Assembly (NCBI GenBank): GCA_035378955.1
Contig: DAOSUS010000008.1
Span: forward strand, 6,668-70,667
Length of the DNA: 64,000 nucleotides
Direction of reading: 5' to 3'
Source of the DNA: Candidatus Hydrogenedens sp.
GTDB taxonomy: Bacteria; Hydrogenedentota; Hydrogenedentia; Hydrogenedentales; Hydrogenedentaceae
The stretch's first letter is position 1. Every line of letters begins with the position of its first letter. Shown one piece after another: positions 1 through 10,032 of this stretch. Under the pieces are notes generated by a model. That model saw only the letters and a program-made list of their open reading frames with translations, was not told the origin of the DNA and searched no databases. The translations under genes were made by a program, and so were the position numbers.

Positions 1-49
1 GAAGCCTATTGTTTTTTAGATAAATATTTAGGTTGGAACACTAAATAAA

Positions 50-2356
50 TTAATTGTCTCCACCTGCTAATTTTTTAGTTAGATACTCCTCAAAAAAGGA
101 TTCCACAAAAATCCCTTTATTCTTCAAATCATAATATTCCTGCAATGCTTTTTTATAGTCTTTTTCTATAAAAATATCATCGAGGAGGTATTTCCATGAC
201 TGATATAGTCCATTTTCACTTTGTATAGCAGAATAGAACCATTTCTTCGCCTCCTCCTCATTATTTTCAGATAGAGCAATCACACCTAAGGCAATTCGAG
301 GAAGAGCAATATCAGGATTTATATCAACAATATGGTAAAGTTTTTCTTTTGTAATTTTAATATCTCCATTTATAGATGTCATAATAGCATCAAAACAAAG
401 GTATGCTAACTCCAAATTCTTATCCAACTGAATTGCTTTCTTAAGAAAATATTCTTTATATCTCGGACTTATACTTCTCTGGCTTGTTTGGTAATACCTC
501 AGAGATTTTGTAAGTTTTGGCACATCCCCTCTATCTTTTAGAGCATTATATAAATTTTGAAATTGCAACTTTTGTAATGGGTCATTACTTATTAATCTTT
601 CAATTAGATACATGGCACATTCTTTATGGTCTGTTTCAACATTAGCAAGAGCAAAATCAGATATTGTGAACTTTAAAAAATCGTTCTCTAATTCTTTGCC
701 CGTCCAACAAGAATATGTAATTTCTTCTTGAGGTAAAATTTTATATAACCGAATAGGTTCTATCCCATAGAAATCATAAGTCTCATATCGGATTTTGTTG
801 CTATTTAACAATTGCTCTAATTCATGAGAACCAAATTCCCCAAAATAAAAAGAAACATAAACAAACCAAATCTTATCCGTAAAACAACCTGATTTTTTCT
901 GAAACAGTTCCTGGGCAATTGAAATAAATGAATCTATATCTTCGACAAATGATATTGGTATGTTTTTATTTTTAAAGTTAAATGTAAAAACATCTTTATT
1001 TATTGCTTGATATACAAATACAGAAACCTTTTCTGTATTCAATGACTGTTGTTCTATAAAACGAGCCGTATTTCGCCAATTTGTTCTTTGAGGTCCAGGA
1101 AGAGTAATCAGTAATTGATAAAAAAATATGAGTATCAAAGAAAATATGAGAATATAATTTAATCTCCTTTTTTTATTTATCTTAATCAAATAGCCATAAA
1201 GAAAATATATTGCCAGGCTGCTATACAATGTGTATCGTGGAAAAATACATGGTCTCCATAAAATAGAAAGAATATATAAAAATATCGGGGGAACGAATGC
1301 TATCAGCAATAAAAGTATTACCTTGTTTTTTGTATCTAATTCTTCATCATTTCCTACCCTTTTGAAAATATACCTAATGGATAAAACAATCACCAGGATA
1401 GTTATTGATAACAAAAACAAATCCATAACTGGATGTATATTTATTAAATATTGGGGCAATACCTCTTTTATAATTCTTACCTGATATGTCATTCCTACAG
1501 CATCATCTGCAAACAAATCTCCGATGAATTCATATAAAGTTGGCTTTTTAAACCAGAAAGATTGTTCTTTAGAGTAATAATTTATGCTCATTACATACAA
1601 AACAGAAGGAATGCTAATTAATATTTGCAGAATAACAGGTAAATATTTTTCTTTGTTATCAATGTAAAAGATATAAAACAACCATAAAACTTCTATACCA
1701 ACAATAATCACAGCAAAAGGATGTGTCCATAATAGAAGTGCATTTACTAATGTTAAGGCAATCCAATTTTTCCTATTACTATTCTCAGCACATAAAAGCA
1801 AATAGTATATAGACAAAGCGAATAAAAAAGTCAGTAAAACATACATTCGTATTCCCTGACCAAAAAAACGATGTATCGGGGATATAGCAAAAAATAATCC
1901 TGCCACCAAACCTATCTTTTCTAAATTTAATTTTCTACCTATAAGAAATAGAACAGGGATTGTTATCACACTTAACAGAATAGAAAACAAACGAAGACCT
2001 AGAATAGACGGGGATACATAATGCCAGAAAAGGTATTCGAGTACATAATAAACAGGCATGGTTGCAGGGTCATAAAGGGGATTTAAATAAATAAACTCCT
2101 TTAAAGAGTCCGAATTAATATGAACTAAACTTGAATACTCATCCCACCAAACCGACTCATCGGAAATTTTATATATACGAACCCCAAAGGCTAATAAAAC
2201 AATAAGTAACCCAAAAGCAAATAGTTGTATATTATATTTTTGTTGTTCTTCTTTTCTTTCCACAGTATTGCCTTCAATCGTGATATTAAAAATAGAATTT
2301 TTATACTCACAGTTTAGCAATTGAATATTCGCAAATTCCATAGCCTTTTGTAGCAC
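50..2356 (-). CDS. GT-C fold membrane glycosyltransferase (PMT/ArnT-like, GT39/GT83-type) with C-terminal TPR repeats
   Basis: 768 aa. The N-terminal ~420 aa are polytopic membrane with the aromatic-rich loops typical of PMT/ArnT-type GT-C enzymes. The C-terminal ~300 aa are TPR-like helical repeats. It is a paralogue of the protein encoded at 10033-13803. Confidence 0.55.
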   Translation of the reverse strand: MLQKAMEFANIQLLNCEYKNSIFNITIEGNTVERKEEQQKYNIQLFAFGLLIVLLAFGVRIYKISDESVWWDEYSSLVHINSDSLKEFIYLNPLYDPATMPVYYVLEYLFWHYVSPSILGLRLFSILLSVITIPVLFLIGRKLNLEKIGLVAGLFFAISPIHRFFGQGIRMYVLLTFLFALSIYYLLLCAENSNRKNWIALTLVNALLLWTHPFAVIIVGIEVLWLFYIFYIDNKEKYLPVILQILISIPSVLYVMSINYYSKEQSFWFKKPTLYEFIGDLFADDAVGMTYQVRIIKEVLPQYLINIHPVMDLFLLSITILVIVLSIRYIFKRVGNDEELDTKNKVILLLLIAFVPPIFLYILSILWRPCIFPRYTLYSSLAIYFLYGYLIKINKKRRLNYILIFSLILIFFYQLLITLPGPQRTNWRNTARFIEQQSLNTEKVSVFVYQAINKDVFTFNFKNKNIPISFVEDIDSFISIAQELFQKKSGCFTDKIWFVYVSFYFGEFGSHELEQLLNSNKIRYETYDFYGIEPIRLYKILPQEEITYSCWTGKELENDFLKFTISDFALANVETDHKECAMYLIERLISNDPLQKLQFQNLYNALKDRGDVPKLTKSLRYYQTSQRSISPRYKEYFLKKAIQLDKNLELAYLCFDAIMTSINGDIKITKEKLYHIVDINPDIALPRIALGVIALSENNEEEAKKWFYSAIQSENGLYQSWKYLLDDIFIEKDYKKALQEYYDLKNKGIFVESFFEEYLTKKLAGGDN

Positions 2357-2489
2357 ATTGAGGAAATATAGAAACGCTAATACTATTCAAGGATGGGGAT
2401 AAAGATATATTAGGGATTTATCTAATGAATATTTTCCATTTGTCTTACCCCAAAAATGTTAAGATTTCACATCAAATACTTTTATCATT

Positions 2490-3641
2490 TCAGATAGCAT
2501 GAAAATATTTTTCATAAGTATGTGCTGGTATAGTGTGCAATTTACACAAAATCCACACAAACCATTTAAATTTTCGTAATAAAGGATAATATGAAGGATA
2601 GTCTGTGAAATATTTGTTTGGAGCATTAACAATTGCCTCAAACTCTTCTCGGCTTATACCCTGTTTTCTCAAACAATGTTCAATTCTTTCTTCATCCTCA
2701 AAAAACGGAATTTCTTGTAATGCTTTTAATGCGGATTCGCGTGATATTACACCTGTTCTGACTTTTGCTGATAATTCTACAACACGCCAATCAAAGCCAA
2801 ATTTCCTTCGAGCATAGTAATAAACAAGAGTAAACAGTTCATTATCTAAGTGATGTTGTCCTGTATCCTGCCAATCGAACTTTTCCTTAAGCAAGGTTTC
2901 GATTTTCTCTCCTGTATCATCATAATAATTTGTAATGTTAATTACTCGAATTCTTTTCCATAATATCCAATAAATCATATCCCAAAGTTCAACATTCTTA
3001 AAATGTTTTAATGGGATTTTACAATATCGTTCAATAATAGCCCTTGTGTATTTCCCATCAATATAATTCCACATAAGTGGGGTTACCCCTTCTTCACGGA
3101 AAGAATGGCTTAAAATAATATAACGAACATTTTCTGCAACTGCAGTCCTATATAAACTGCTTGCAATTCCTATATCATCTGTCAGGTCTATATAAGGGAC
3201 GCAGGCACGGATAGTTGCATTGGTTAATTCTCGTGATTCAGGCCAATCCATAATTATGGTATGTAATTCCACATCCAATTTATCGCAAAGTTTTGCGAGA
3301 TTGCTTTTGGCAATTTCTGAATCCCAACCATTATCGAAGTGGACAGCCAGAGGGCGTAAATTCATAATTTCTTTTACATAATACAAACAATAGGAAGTGT
3401 CTCTTCCTCCACTGACACCCACCACACAATCATATTTTTTCCCCCGTCCATCTCTTCTTATCTTCTCTGCTATCTTTTGTAATATCATGGCTCCTTGTTC
3501 CCCAACAGGGAACCGTTTATCTAACTTATCATGCATGTGGCAGAAATTACATACTCCTTGATTATCCAAATAAACCCCGGGAATAGATGTATCCATTACA
3601 CATCGCTTACATAATATTTTATCTTCATTTTGACGAATCAT
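2490..3641 (-). CDS. N-acetyl sugar amidotransferase (WbuX/LfnA-like PP-loop ATP pyrophosphatase)
   Basis: N-terminal Cys-rich motif (CKRC...CNFC) followed by a PP-loop (VGVSGGRDTSY). This matches the N-acetyl sugar amidotransferase family found beside HisH/HisF paralogues in O-antigen and legionaminic-acid clusters. Confidence 0.7.
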   Translation of the reverse strand: MIRQNEDKILCKRCVMDTSIPGVYLDNQGVCNFCHMHDKLDKRFPVGEQGAMILQKIAEKIRRDGRGKKYDCVVGVSGGRDTSYCLYYVKEIMNLRPLAVHFDNGWDSEIAKSNLAKLCDKLDVELHTIIMDWPESRELTNATIRACVPYIDLTDDIGIASSLYRTAVAENVRYIILSHSFREEGVTPLMWNYIDGKYTRAIIERYCKIPLKHFKNVELWDMIYWILWKRIRVINITNYYDDTGEKIETLLKEKFDWQDTGQHHLDNELFTLVYYYARRKFGFDWRVVELSAKVRTGVISRESALKALQEIPFFEDEERIEHCLRKQGISREEFEAIVNAPNKYFTDYPSYYPLLRKFKWFVWILCKLHTIPAHTYEKYFHAI

Positions 3642-3658
3642 ACATATACTACCTCTAT

Positions 3659-4477
3659 TTATAATCGTGATAATTCTAAATCAATAGGCTTTTTGGGGTC
3701 TCTTTTTCGAACATGCTCGGGTTTAAAATACTCTAATAGTTGTTCTTCTGTGGGATAAGTGATCAAAACAGTCCTCCGCGGACCGTAAAAAAGGAAAAAG
3801 GCTCCACATGCCACTGCAGAAACTCCCGATTGGTAATAGGCATCTGCCAAATCCTTAACAGAACCTGCCCCTCCACATGCGATTACTGGAATTTGAACAT
3901 TATCTGTAATCATTTTTATTAAGTCTAAATCATACCCTTCAAGTGTGCCATCTCTATCAATGCTTGTAATCAATATTTCTCCTGCACCCTCCGCCTCTGC
4001 TCTTTTTGCTAATTCCACAGGATTCAGACCTGTCGATTTTCGTCCTCCATGTGTAAACACTTCATATTTACCATTTATTCTACGAACATCCATTGACACT
4101 ACGATACACTGTCTCCCAAATTGTTCGGCTGATTTCTGCAATAAATTAGGAACCTCTACTACTGAAGTATTAAGGACTACTCTATCCGCCCCTGCATTCA
4201 GCAATTCTCTTATGGTATGAATATCGCGAATTCCACCTCCGACGGTAAACGGCATGGATGTTTCTGCCGATATTTGTTTAACAACTTCTATTTCTGGAGG
4301 GCGATTTTCAAGTGTCGCCACAATATCTAAAAGTATTAATTCATCAACATTATGTTGATTAAAAACACGAGCCGCGTTAATAGGACAACCCACATATTTC
4401 GGATTTGAAAACTGAATGGTTTTTTCCAAACCCCAATGTCGCAATAAAAGGACTGGTATTACTCTAACTTTTAGCAT
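3659..4477 (-). CDS. imidazole glycerol phosphate synthase cyclase-subunit paralogue (HisF-like, WbuZ-type)
   Basis: Start MLKVRVIPVLLL is HisF-like. Contains GGGIRD...AGADRV and a (beta/alpha)8 HisF signature. It overlaps the upstream HisH-like gene by 14 nt, which suggests translational coupling. Confidence 0.75.
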   Translation of the reverse strand: MLKVRVIPVLLLRHWGLEKTIQFSNPKYVGCPINAARVFNQHNVDELILLDIVATLENRPPEIEVVKQISAETSMPFTVGGGIRDIHTIRELLNAGADRVVLNTSVVEVPNLLQKSAEQFGRQCIVVSMDVRRINGKYEVFTHGGRKSTGLNPVELAKRAEAEGAGEILITSIDRDGTLEGYDLDLIKMITDNVQIPVIACGGAGSVKDLADAYYQSGVSAVACGAFFLFYGPRRTVLITYPTEEQLLEYFKPEHVRKRDPKKPIDLELSRL

Positions 4478-5129
4478 TTAACACCTCGTTCAAAAAATTT
4501 TGTAACAATAAAGCACCACCTATATAACTCTTTTCAGGATGAAACTGTGTTCCGTAAATGTTTTTATTTTGATATAAAGAAATAAAAGAAGTGCCGTATT
4601 CTGTTACCCCCAGATTTCCATCAATTTCTTTGAAAGGGACAAAATAAGAATGGGCAAAATAAAAATTAGGATTTTCTATCATTCCGGATAATAAAGACAA
4701 TTCATCTTTATAAACCTTTACATCGTTCCAACCGATATGAGGCACTCGAATAGGGCTTTTAACTACATTTCGTATATGGCAAACATTTACGGGTATCCAA
4801 CCTAATCCTTTCGACGGACCTTCTTCACTAAATTCTGTCATAATTTGAAAACCTAAACAAATACCTAAAATAGGTTTTTTTAATTCCAATACATAATAAT
4901 TTAATCTTCGGATCAAACCTATCTTTGTTAGAAAATCCATAGCACTACCACAAGCACCAACCCCTGGCAAAACAATACCATCAAATACATCCAGTTCGGT
5001 TTCTTTATTAACAATTTCAATAGAAACTCCTTTTTTTGCAAAAGCCTTATATACAGAATGTATATTTCCTGCCGAGTAATCAATAATCCCAATTTTTATT
5101 TTGTTATTTTGTGTGTTTTCCGTTTTCAT
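4464..5129 (-). CDS. class I glutamine amidotransferase, HisH-like (WbuY-type)
   Basis: Has the GICLGFQ catalytic Cys motif and a C-terminal QFHPEKS His/Glu pair. The likely start is MKTENTQ.. (the ORF track extends to 5159). Confidence 0.75.
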   Translation of the reverse strand: MKTENTQNNKIKIGIIDYSAGNIHSVYKAFAKKGVSIEIVNKETELDVFDGIVLPGVGACGSAMDFLTKIGLIRRLNYYVLELKKPILGICLGFQIMTEFSEEGPSKGLGWIPVNVCHIRNVVKSPIRVPHIGWNDVKVYKDELSLLSGMIENPNFYFAHSYFVPFKEIDGNLGVTEYGTSFISLYQNKNIYGTQFHPEKSYIGGALLLQNFLNEVLNAKS

Positions 5130-6849
5130 TAAAATTATCCTGACTTTGTGCCACCACAAAGTTATTTAAAAATAGATAATCCAATCCTGATTCTTTAAAT
5201 GTTTGTAATGCTTCTTCTGGAGTTCGAACAATAGGCGATTCATGCATGTTAAAACTTGTATTCAGCACTACACTGGTTCCTGATAAATTCTTGTAATGCT
5301 TCAATATTTCGTAAAAAGTCGGATTATTTTCTTTTTTTACAATTTGGGCTCGTGTTGTTCCATCTATATGAACGACCGCCTCATGTTGTTCTTTCATTTT
5401 TGGGGTACTTCGAAAACAGCATGTCATAAATTCACCTGCATGCATTGCCTTTTCATATCCTACCAAAAATTGTTCCGTATCCTCATCTAAAAGAGCAGGA
5501 GCAAAAGGCATAAAATCACTTCGTCTTAACATAGCATTTAATTTTTCCGTTATATTCCGCATTGTTGAATCACATAAAATAGAACGATTTCCCAAAGCAC
5601 GCGGTCCCCATTCCATTTTATCATAAAATCGTGCGATAATTTTTTTATGGTAAATACATTCTGCTATAAACGAAAATATTTGCTGACTATCAAGTTCCTT
5701 AAATGGAAGACCCAATTTAACTATTGCTGTTTTAATATCTTCATTACTAAAGTAATCTCCCCAAAATGCGTGAGGAAGTGATTTGGGATAGAATTGATAT
5801 TGCGAACATATCGCTCCTAAACTCAATCCTCCATCTCCCATATTGGGATATACAAATAATTCTTCGACTTCTTGCAACTCATGTATTCTTTGATTTAGCA
5901 ACACATTAGCAAATACCCCCCCTGCAACCGCTACTTTTTTAAGTCCTGTTTTATTTAGCCAATATCGGATTAAAGAGCAAATTGTCTGTTCTAAAATATT
6001 TTGGGACCATGCACATAAATCCTCTCGTGAATATTTATTTAATAAATGCAAAAGCCATTCTCTTAACTTTTTACCATAAGGGCCTTTATACGAAAGGAAA
6101 TCCTCGTTCCATGAAAAAGGGTTTTCATCTTCAATTTTGTTTGCATCTCCATGGGCGGAAAGTCCTGTAAGTTTTCCTTCATCTCTACATGGGACAAAGC
6201 CTAACACTTCTGTCAGATTTTCAAAAAACAAACCAAAAGAACTTTTTGCAGAGGATTTCCATAATCTCGTTACTGTATTTTCTTTTCCTTTAGAAATAGT
6301 CAAGGATAAACCGTCTCCCATTCCATCGGCAGTAACAATAAGGGCTTCATTATAACCTGAACAGAAATAACTTCCCCATGCATGGGCCTCGTGATGTTCA
6401 ATAAAATGAATAGGGATATTAGCAGGAAGAAACGGTAAGCGTTTGCGAATTATTTTTCTTAAAACGATAGATAGATTTTTTTTCATCCCGTCTGAAGGAT
6501 TGATATAGCTGATAGGATTATAGGAAACCGCCCATTCTGTAATGTTATTCCAGTAGGTCTCACTATTTTGATTTTTCTCTCTTCTGGAAAGAAATGCTTT
6601 TTTTTGCAAGTTAGGGAATAAACGGAAAAAAGGGAATGGGGTTACAAAACCTGAAACACATACTCCCTCTATGTCTTTCCATGTTAAACCTGTTTGCTTC
6701 AAAGCATTTTCCAGAGATAAGTATGGAAATCCTCCCTCATTTTTTCGTCGAGTGTATCGTTCCTCATTGGACATAAATAATATTTGGTCATCATTGCAAA
6801 TAGTAACACCTGCATCGAAAAAATCTTCACTAATTCCAAGTATTATCAT
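5104..6849 (-). CDS. carbamoyltransferase, NodU/CmcH family
   Basis: N-terminus MIILGIS..DAG...NEERYTRRKN is a Kae1/YgjD-like fold typical of NodU/CmcH O-carbamoyltransferases. There is a C-terminal YrdC-like region. Length is ~580 aa. Confidence 0.7.
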   Translation of the reverse strand: MIILGISEDFFDAGVTICNDDQILFMSNEERYTRRKNEGGFPYLSLENALKQTGLTWKDIEGVCVSGFVTPFPFFRLFPNLQKKAFLSRREKNQNSETYWNNITEWAVSYNPISYINPSDGMKKNLSIVLRKIIRKRLPFLPANIPIHFIEHHEAHAWGSYFCSGYNEALIVTADGMGDGLSLTISKGKENTVTRLWKSSAKSSFGLFFENLTEVLGFVPCRDEGKLTGLSAHGDANKIEDENPFSWNEDFLSYKGPYGKKLREWLLHLLNKYSREDLCAWSQNILEQTICSLIRYWLNKTGLKKVAVAGGVFANVLLNQRIHELQEVEELFVYPNMGDGGLSLGAICSQYQFYPKSLPHAFWGDYFSNEDIKTAIVKLGLPFKELDSQQIFSFIAECIYHKKIIARFYDKMEWGPRALGNRSILCDSTMRNITEKLNAMLRRSDFMPFAPALLDEDTEQFLVGYEKAMHAGEFMTCCFRSTPKMKEQHEAVVHIDGTTRAQIVKKENNPTFYEILKHYKNLSGTSVVLNTSFNMHESPIVRTPEEALQTFKESGLDYLFLNNFVVAQSQDNFNENGKHTK

Positions 6850-6879
6850 GAACAATCATTCCTTTGAAATAAAAACAAT

Positions 6880-7872
6880 TTATATCCAGAGAGCATTCCA
6901 GATTGCTGAAGGATTTAAATTCCATATTAGAGCAAGTTCCACTATCGGTGCACACCAACAAGTGGCACAACCTGTGGGTACAGTTAAATGAGTTATTAAG
7001 TTTTCAAAATCTTTTCCATTATCTTTATCTTTTTTCTGTTTATACAATTCTCGGGTTCCAAACAAATGACAAGAAAGTATGGTTCCATCTGGCTCAATTG
7101 TATATGTTAACCTACCAGCACAGCACCATATTTTTGTTGGATGAGGCCAGTTACTTAAATACTTTAAGCCTGCAAATGAATTACGGACAGGTGCCCCTTC
7201 TTTTTTCTTTCTTATTATATCCTGCATCGCATTATAATACGCTTCTTTATCAGGAGCAATAGGATTGGGTTTTAGCGATGAATCCAGATGTAATGTTGCA
7301 GGCTGAAACATTACCTTTGTATGTTCTTCCTGAGCCTTCTGTAAAACAAAATCTATTGTATTTATGTTTAGTTTGGAAATTACACATAAAAAAGAGGTGG
7401 ATATATTTTTCATCTTGCAATATTGCACTACTTCAAATAAACGCTTATAAGTACCCTTTCCCCGTATTTCATCATGTATTTCTTCAGGACCATCAAAACT
7501 CAAGTTAATATGGTCTATATACTTTTCAATCCCATCATATTTTTCTATATTAACACCCGTTGAACTTAAAAAAACATTTAATCCCAGTGATTTTGCATGT
7601 TCCAGAATTTTCATTATATCCTTTTTAATTAAAGGTTCTCCTCCACCAAATGTAATCCATCTCACCCCTGTTTTATATAAAATCGCCAATCGTTCTAATA
7701 TTTCATTTGTATCCAATTCATTCACAGATACTTCTCTTGAACCACAATAAAGGCATTGATAGGGGCAACGAAAAGTTATATTCCATTCCACAAATAATGG
7801 CGAATTTACTCCTAAAACCTTTGTTTTTATCCATGATTTTAATATGGTAGGAATATTTTTTATTTTATTCAT
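6880..7872 (-). CDS. radical SAM protein with C-terminal SPASM-like Cys cluster
   Basis: CxxxCxxC motif (CPYQCLYCG) with a GGGEP glycine-rich SAM motif. The C-terminus carries CCAG...C...CATCWC, an auxiliary Fe-S (SPASM/twitch-like) motif. Confidence 0.65.
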   Translation of the reverse strand: MNKIKNIPTILKSWIKTKVLGVNSPLFVEWNITFRCPYQCLYCGSREVSVNELDTNEILERLAILYKTGVRWITFGGGEPLIKKDIMKILEHAKSLGLNVFLSSTGVNIEKYDGIEKYIDHINLSFDGPEEIHDEIRGKGTYKRLFEVVQYCKMKNISTSFLCVISKLNINTIDFVLQKAQEEHTKVMFQPATLHLDSSLKPNPIAPDKEAYYNAMQDIIRKKKEGAPVRNSFAGLKYLSNWPHPTKIWCCAGRLTYTIEPDGTILSCHLFGTRELYKQKKDKDNGKDFENLITHLTVPTGCATCWCAPIVELALIWNLNPSAIWNALWI

Positions 7873-8801
7873 TGAATACTACTTCCCAAATCAATCTTTT
7901 TATACAATTTTAATCGGATTAATGCTACCCAACCAACAGGAATCCATATCCAGAATGTAAGTATACGAAACAGTCCTATAACAAGGATTATTTCTGGTAA
8001 TTGAACCTGTAGCCAGTGTAGGGAAATACTCATTGTCGTTTCAACAATTCCAATCCCTCCCGGAATACCACTACATATCGCAAGTAGCAGATTCCCCAAA
8101 ACAGTAATTTCTGCTTGACTTAAATAGATTCCCGATTCCTTTCCTCCTAATAATAAATAAAAGATAAAACCATTAATAGTCCAACCTATTGAACAAGCTA
8201 CACAAAATACCATAAGAAATAAAGGGCGAATTAAATCTTCTGATATCCATATTTTAAATTTCGTTAGCCAGGGTTTAAATACTCTAAGCATCCATGGAAA
8301 CATAATTAATAATAATAACGAAAGAATTATTGGCAATAACAAAGTATTCGCATAAAATCCCAAAGATATAATTGTTACTACAAACGCTCCTTCAAAAACA
8401 CATAATAAAAATAAAAATTCTAAAGACATTGCTTTTGAAAGGGGAATATCTGTTGTTTTTGTAATTACATAACCTCTTAATGCCCGCCCCAACTGTGCTG
8501 GCAATACAATGCCTGCTCCCGCACTAAGGTAAATCCAAACAGATTTTATTACAGGAACATTTGCAGAATATTTCTTAAGCATACATCTCCACAAATAGTA
8601 ATCCAATATCCAATCTAATAATCGTAAAATACATGCAAATAAGAATAATCCCCACCTATTTATGATTAAATTCTTTATATCTGTCAGATTCTCTTCTCTT
8701 ATCTGATAGATTCCAAAACAGGTTATTATAATCAGAAGAATAAAACCAAATATATGAAGTAAATTTAATATTTTGTCTTTATTTTTTATAAAATTAAACA
8801 T
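7869..8801 (-). CDS. polytopic membrane protein, flippase-like / lysyl-PG-synthase-TM (UPF0104) family
   Basis: ~8 TM helices with the GxxxG-rich pattern seen in UPF0104/flippase-like accessory proteins of glycosyltransferase loci. It overlaps the downstream radical SAM gene by 4 nt. Confidence 0.4.
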   Translation of the reverse strand: MFNFIKNKDKILNLLHIFGFILLIIITCFGIYQIREENLTDIKNLIINRWGLFLFACILRLLDWILDYYLWRCMLKKYSANVPVIKSVWIYLSAGAGIVLPAQLGRALRGYVITKTTDIPLSKAMSLEFLFLLCVFEGAFVVTIISLGFYANTLLLPIILSLLLLIMFPWMLRVFKPWLTKFKIWISEDLIRPLFLMVFCVACSIGWTINGFIFYLLLGGKESGIYLSQAEITVLGNLLLAICSGIPGGIGIVETTMSISLHWLQVQLPEIILVIGLFRILTFWIWIPVGWVALIRLKLYKKIDLGSSIQ

Positions 8802-8825
8802 TGCTTAAATTATCTTTAATTAGGA

Positions 8826-10022
8826 TTGTATATGATACCACGAAGATGGATACATATTTTACCCTCTGAATATAACGAAGTTCTAAATCCTTCCCACCCA
8901 TTACTATCGAATTACAATATTGTTTCTCAATGGGAAAAAGAGTTTGGTAATTTCATAGGTTCTCCCAATACGGTTGCACTTCCCTCCGGAAGAATTGGAC
9001 TTAAACTTATTTTACAATATTTGAACCTTCAAGAAAATGATGAAGTAATTATTCCAGCCCTAACATTGAAGGCATTGGTAAGTATTATCAAATCATTAGG
9101 TCTTAAACCCGTTTGTGCCGACATAGACCCTAAAACATTAAACATAGACCCCGAATCGGTACGCAATTTAATTACACCTCGAACCAAAGCCATTATCGCA
9201 TTACATACCTTTGGCAACCCCTGCCTAATTGAAGAAATATGTAAAATAGGACAGGAAAACAATATCCCTGTTATAGAAGATGCTGCTCATGCATGTGGCG
9301 CTAAAATACAAAATAAATTCGTAGGAACATTTGGATATGCGGGCTTTTTTAGTTTTGATATATCTAAACCTATAAATACATACGGTGGGGGAATGCTTGT
9401 TAGTGAAGACTTATCACTAATTGATTTCGTAAGAGAATATAATAAAAAACTAATTTTAGACACAACTGAAATAACCAAAAAAGCAAAGTCTATTAAGTTA
9501 GAACAGGCACTATATAAATTAAAACTTATGTATCCCATTCTCTTTTTAAGACTGTTCCGATTTTTCTTCAAGTCTCTGGAATTTGTATACCGTAAAATTC
9601 AAAGTGTTCCCCCTGAAAATATCCAATTTACACCTTTACAAGCAAGTATAGGTATAGAAAAGTTATCTTTACTAAATTCAAGAATAGCGCAAAGAAATGA
9701 AGTAGCACAATTATACCGCAAATTATTATCCGATAAAATTGATATTCCTTATGTAACTTCTGAATGTATACCTTCTTATTACATGTTTGTTGTTATTCTT
9801 CCTAAAAAATCTCATAACATCTGTAGATCTCTCCTTTTCCATGGAATAGATACCGCATTTAAAGAAGAGGTTATAGATGATGTGTCCCTATTAGTTGAAA
9901 AATCACATTGTCCAAATGCGAATGGAGTTTATCCCTATTTACTTGCGTTACCTTTCTATGATGTTATTTCAAAAGATACCATTGAATATATATGTAATTG
10001 CCTGAACGAACTTGTAGAATAA
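8826..10022 (+). CDS. DegT/DnrJ/EryC1/StrS family PLP-dependent sugar aminotransferase
   Basis: Motifs DAAHACGA and the lysine-containing SFDISKPI; fold-type I sugar aminotransferase length and layout. Confidence 0.75.
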   Translation: MYMIPRRWIHILPSEYNEVLNPSHPLLSNYNIVSQWEKEFGNFIGSPNTVALPSGRIGLKLILQYLNLQENDEVIIPALTLKALVSIIKSLGLKPVCADIDPKTLNIDPESVRNLITPRTKAIIALHTFGNPCLIEEICKIGQENNIPVIEDAAHACGAKIQNKFVGTFGYAGFFSFDISKPINTYGGGMLVSEDLSLIDFVREYNKKLILDTTEITKKAKSIKLEQALYKLKLMYPILFLRLFRFFFKSLEFVYRKIQSVPPENIQFTPLQASIGIEKLSLLNSRIAQRNEVAQLYRKLLSDKIDIPYVTSECIPSYYMFVVILPKKSHNICRSLLFHGIDTAFKEEVIDDVSLLVEKSHCPNANGVYPYLLALPFYDVISKDTIEYICNCLNELVE

Positions 10023-10032
10023 GTAAAAACTG

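Noticed and set aside
1230-1484. Dozens of 60-160-aa ORFs in the track lying antisense to or nested within long genes (e.g. 1230-1484, 2605-2817, 3740-4220, 9029-9571, 10650-11294, 22449-22969, 29411-30321, 35918-36282, 40155-40489, 41094-41802, 47978-48339, 61212-62482)
   Set aside because: They are low-complexity or AT-codon-driven translations (Phe/Leu/Ile/Asn-rich). None has a recognisable motif or RBS. Each is fully overlapped by a well-supported gene on the other strand or frame.
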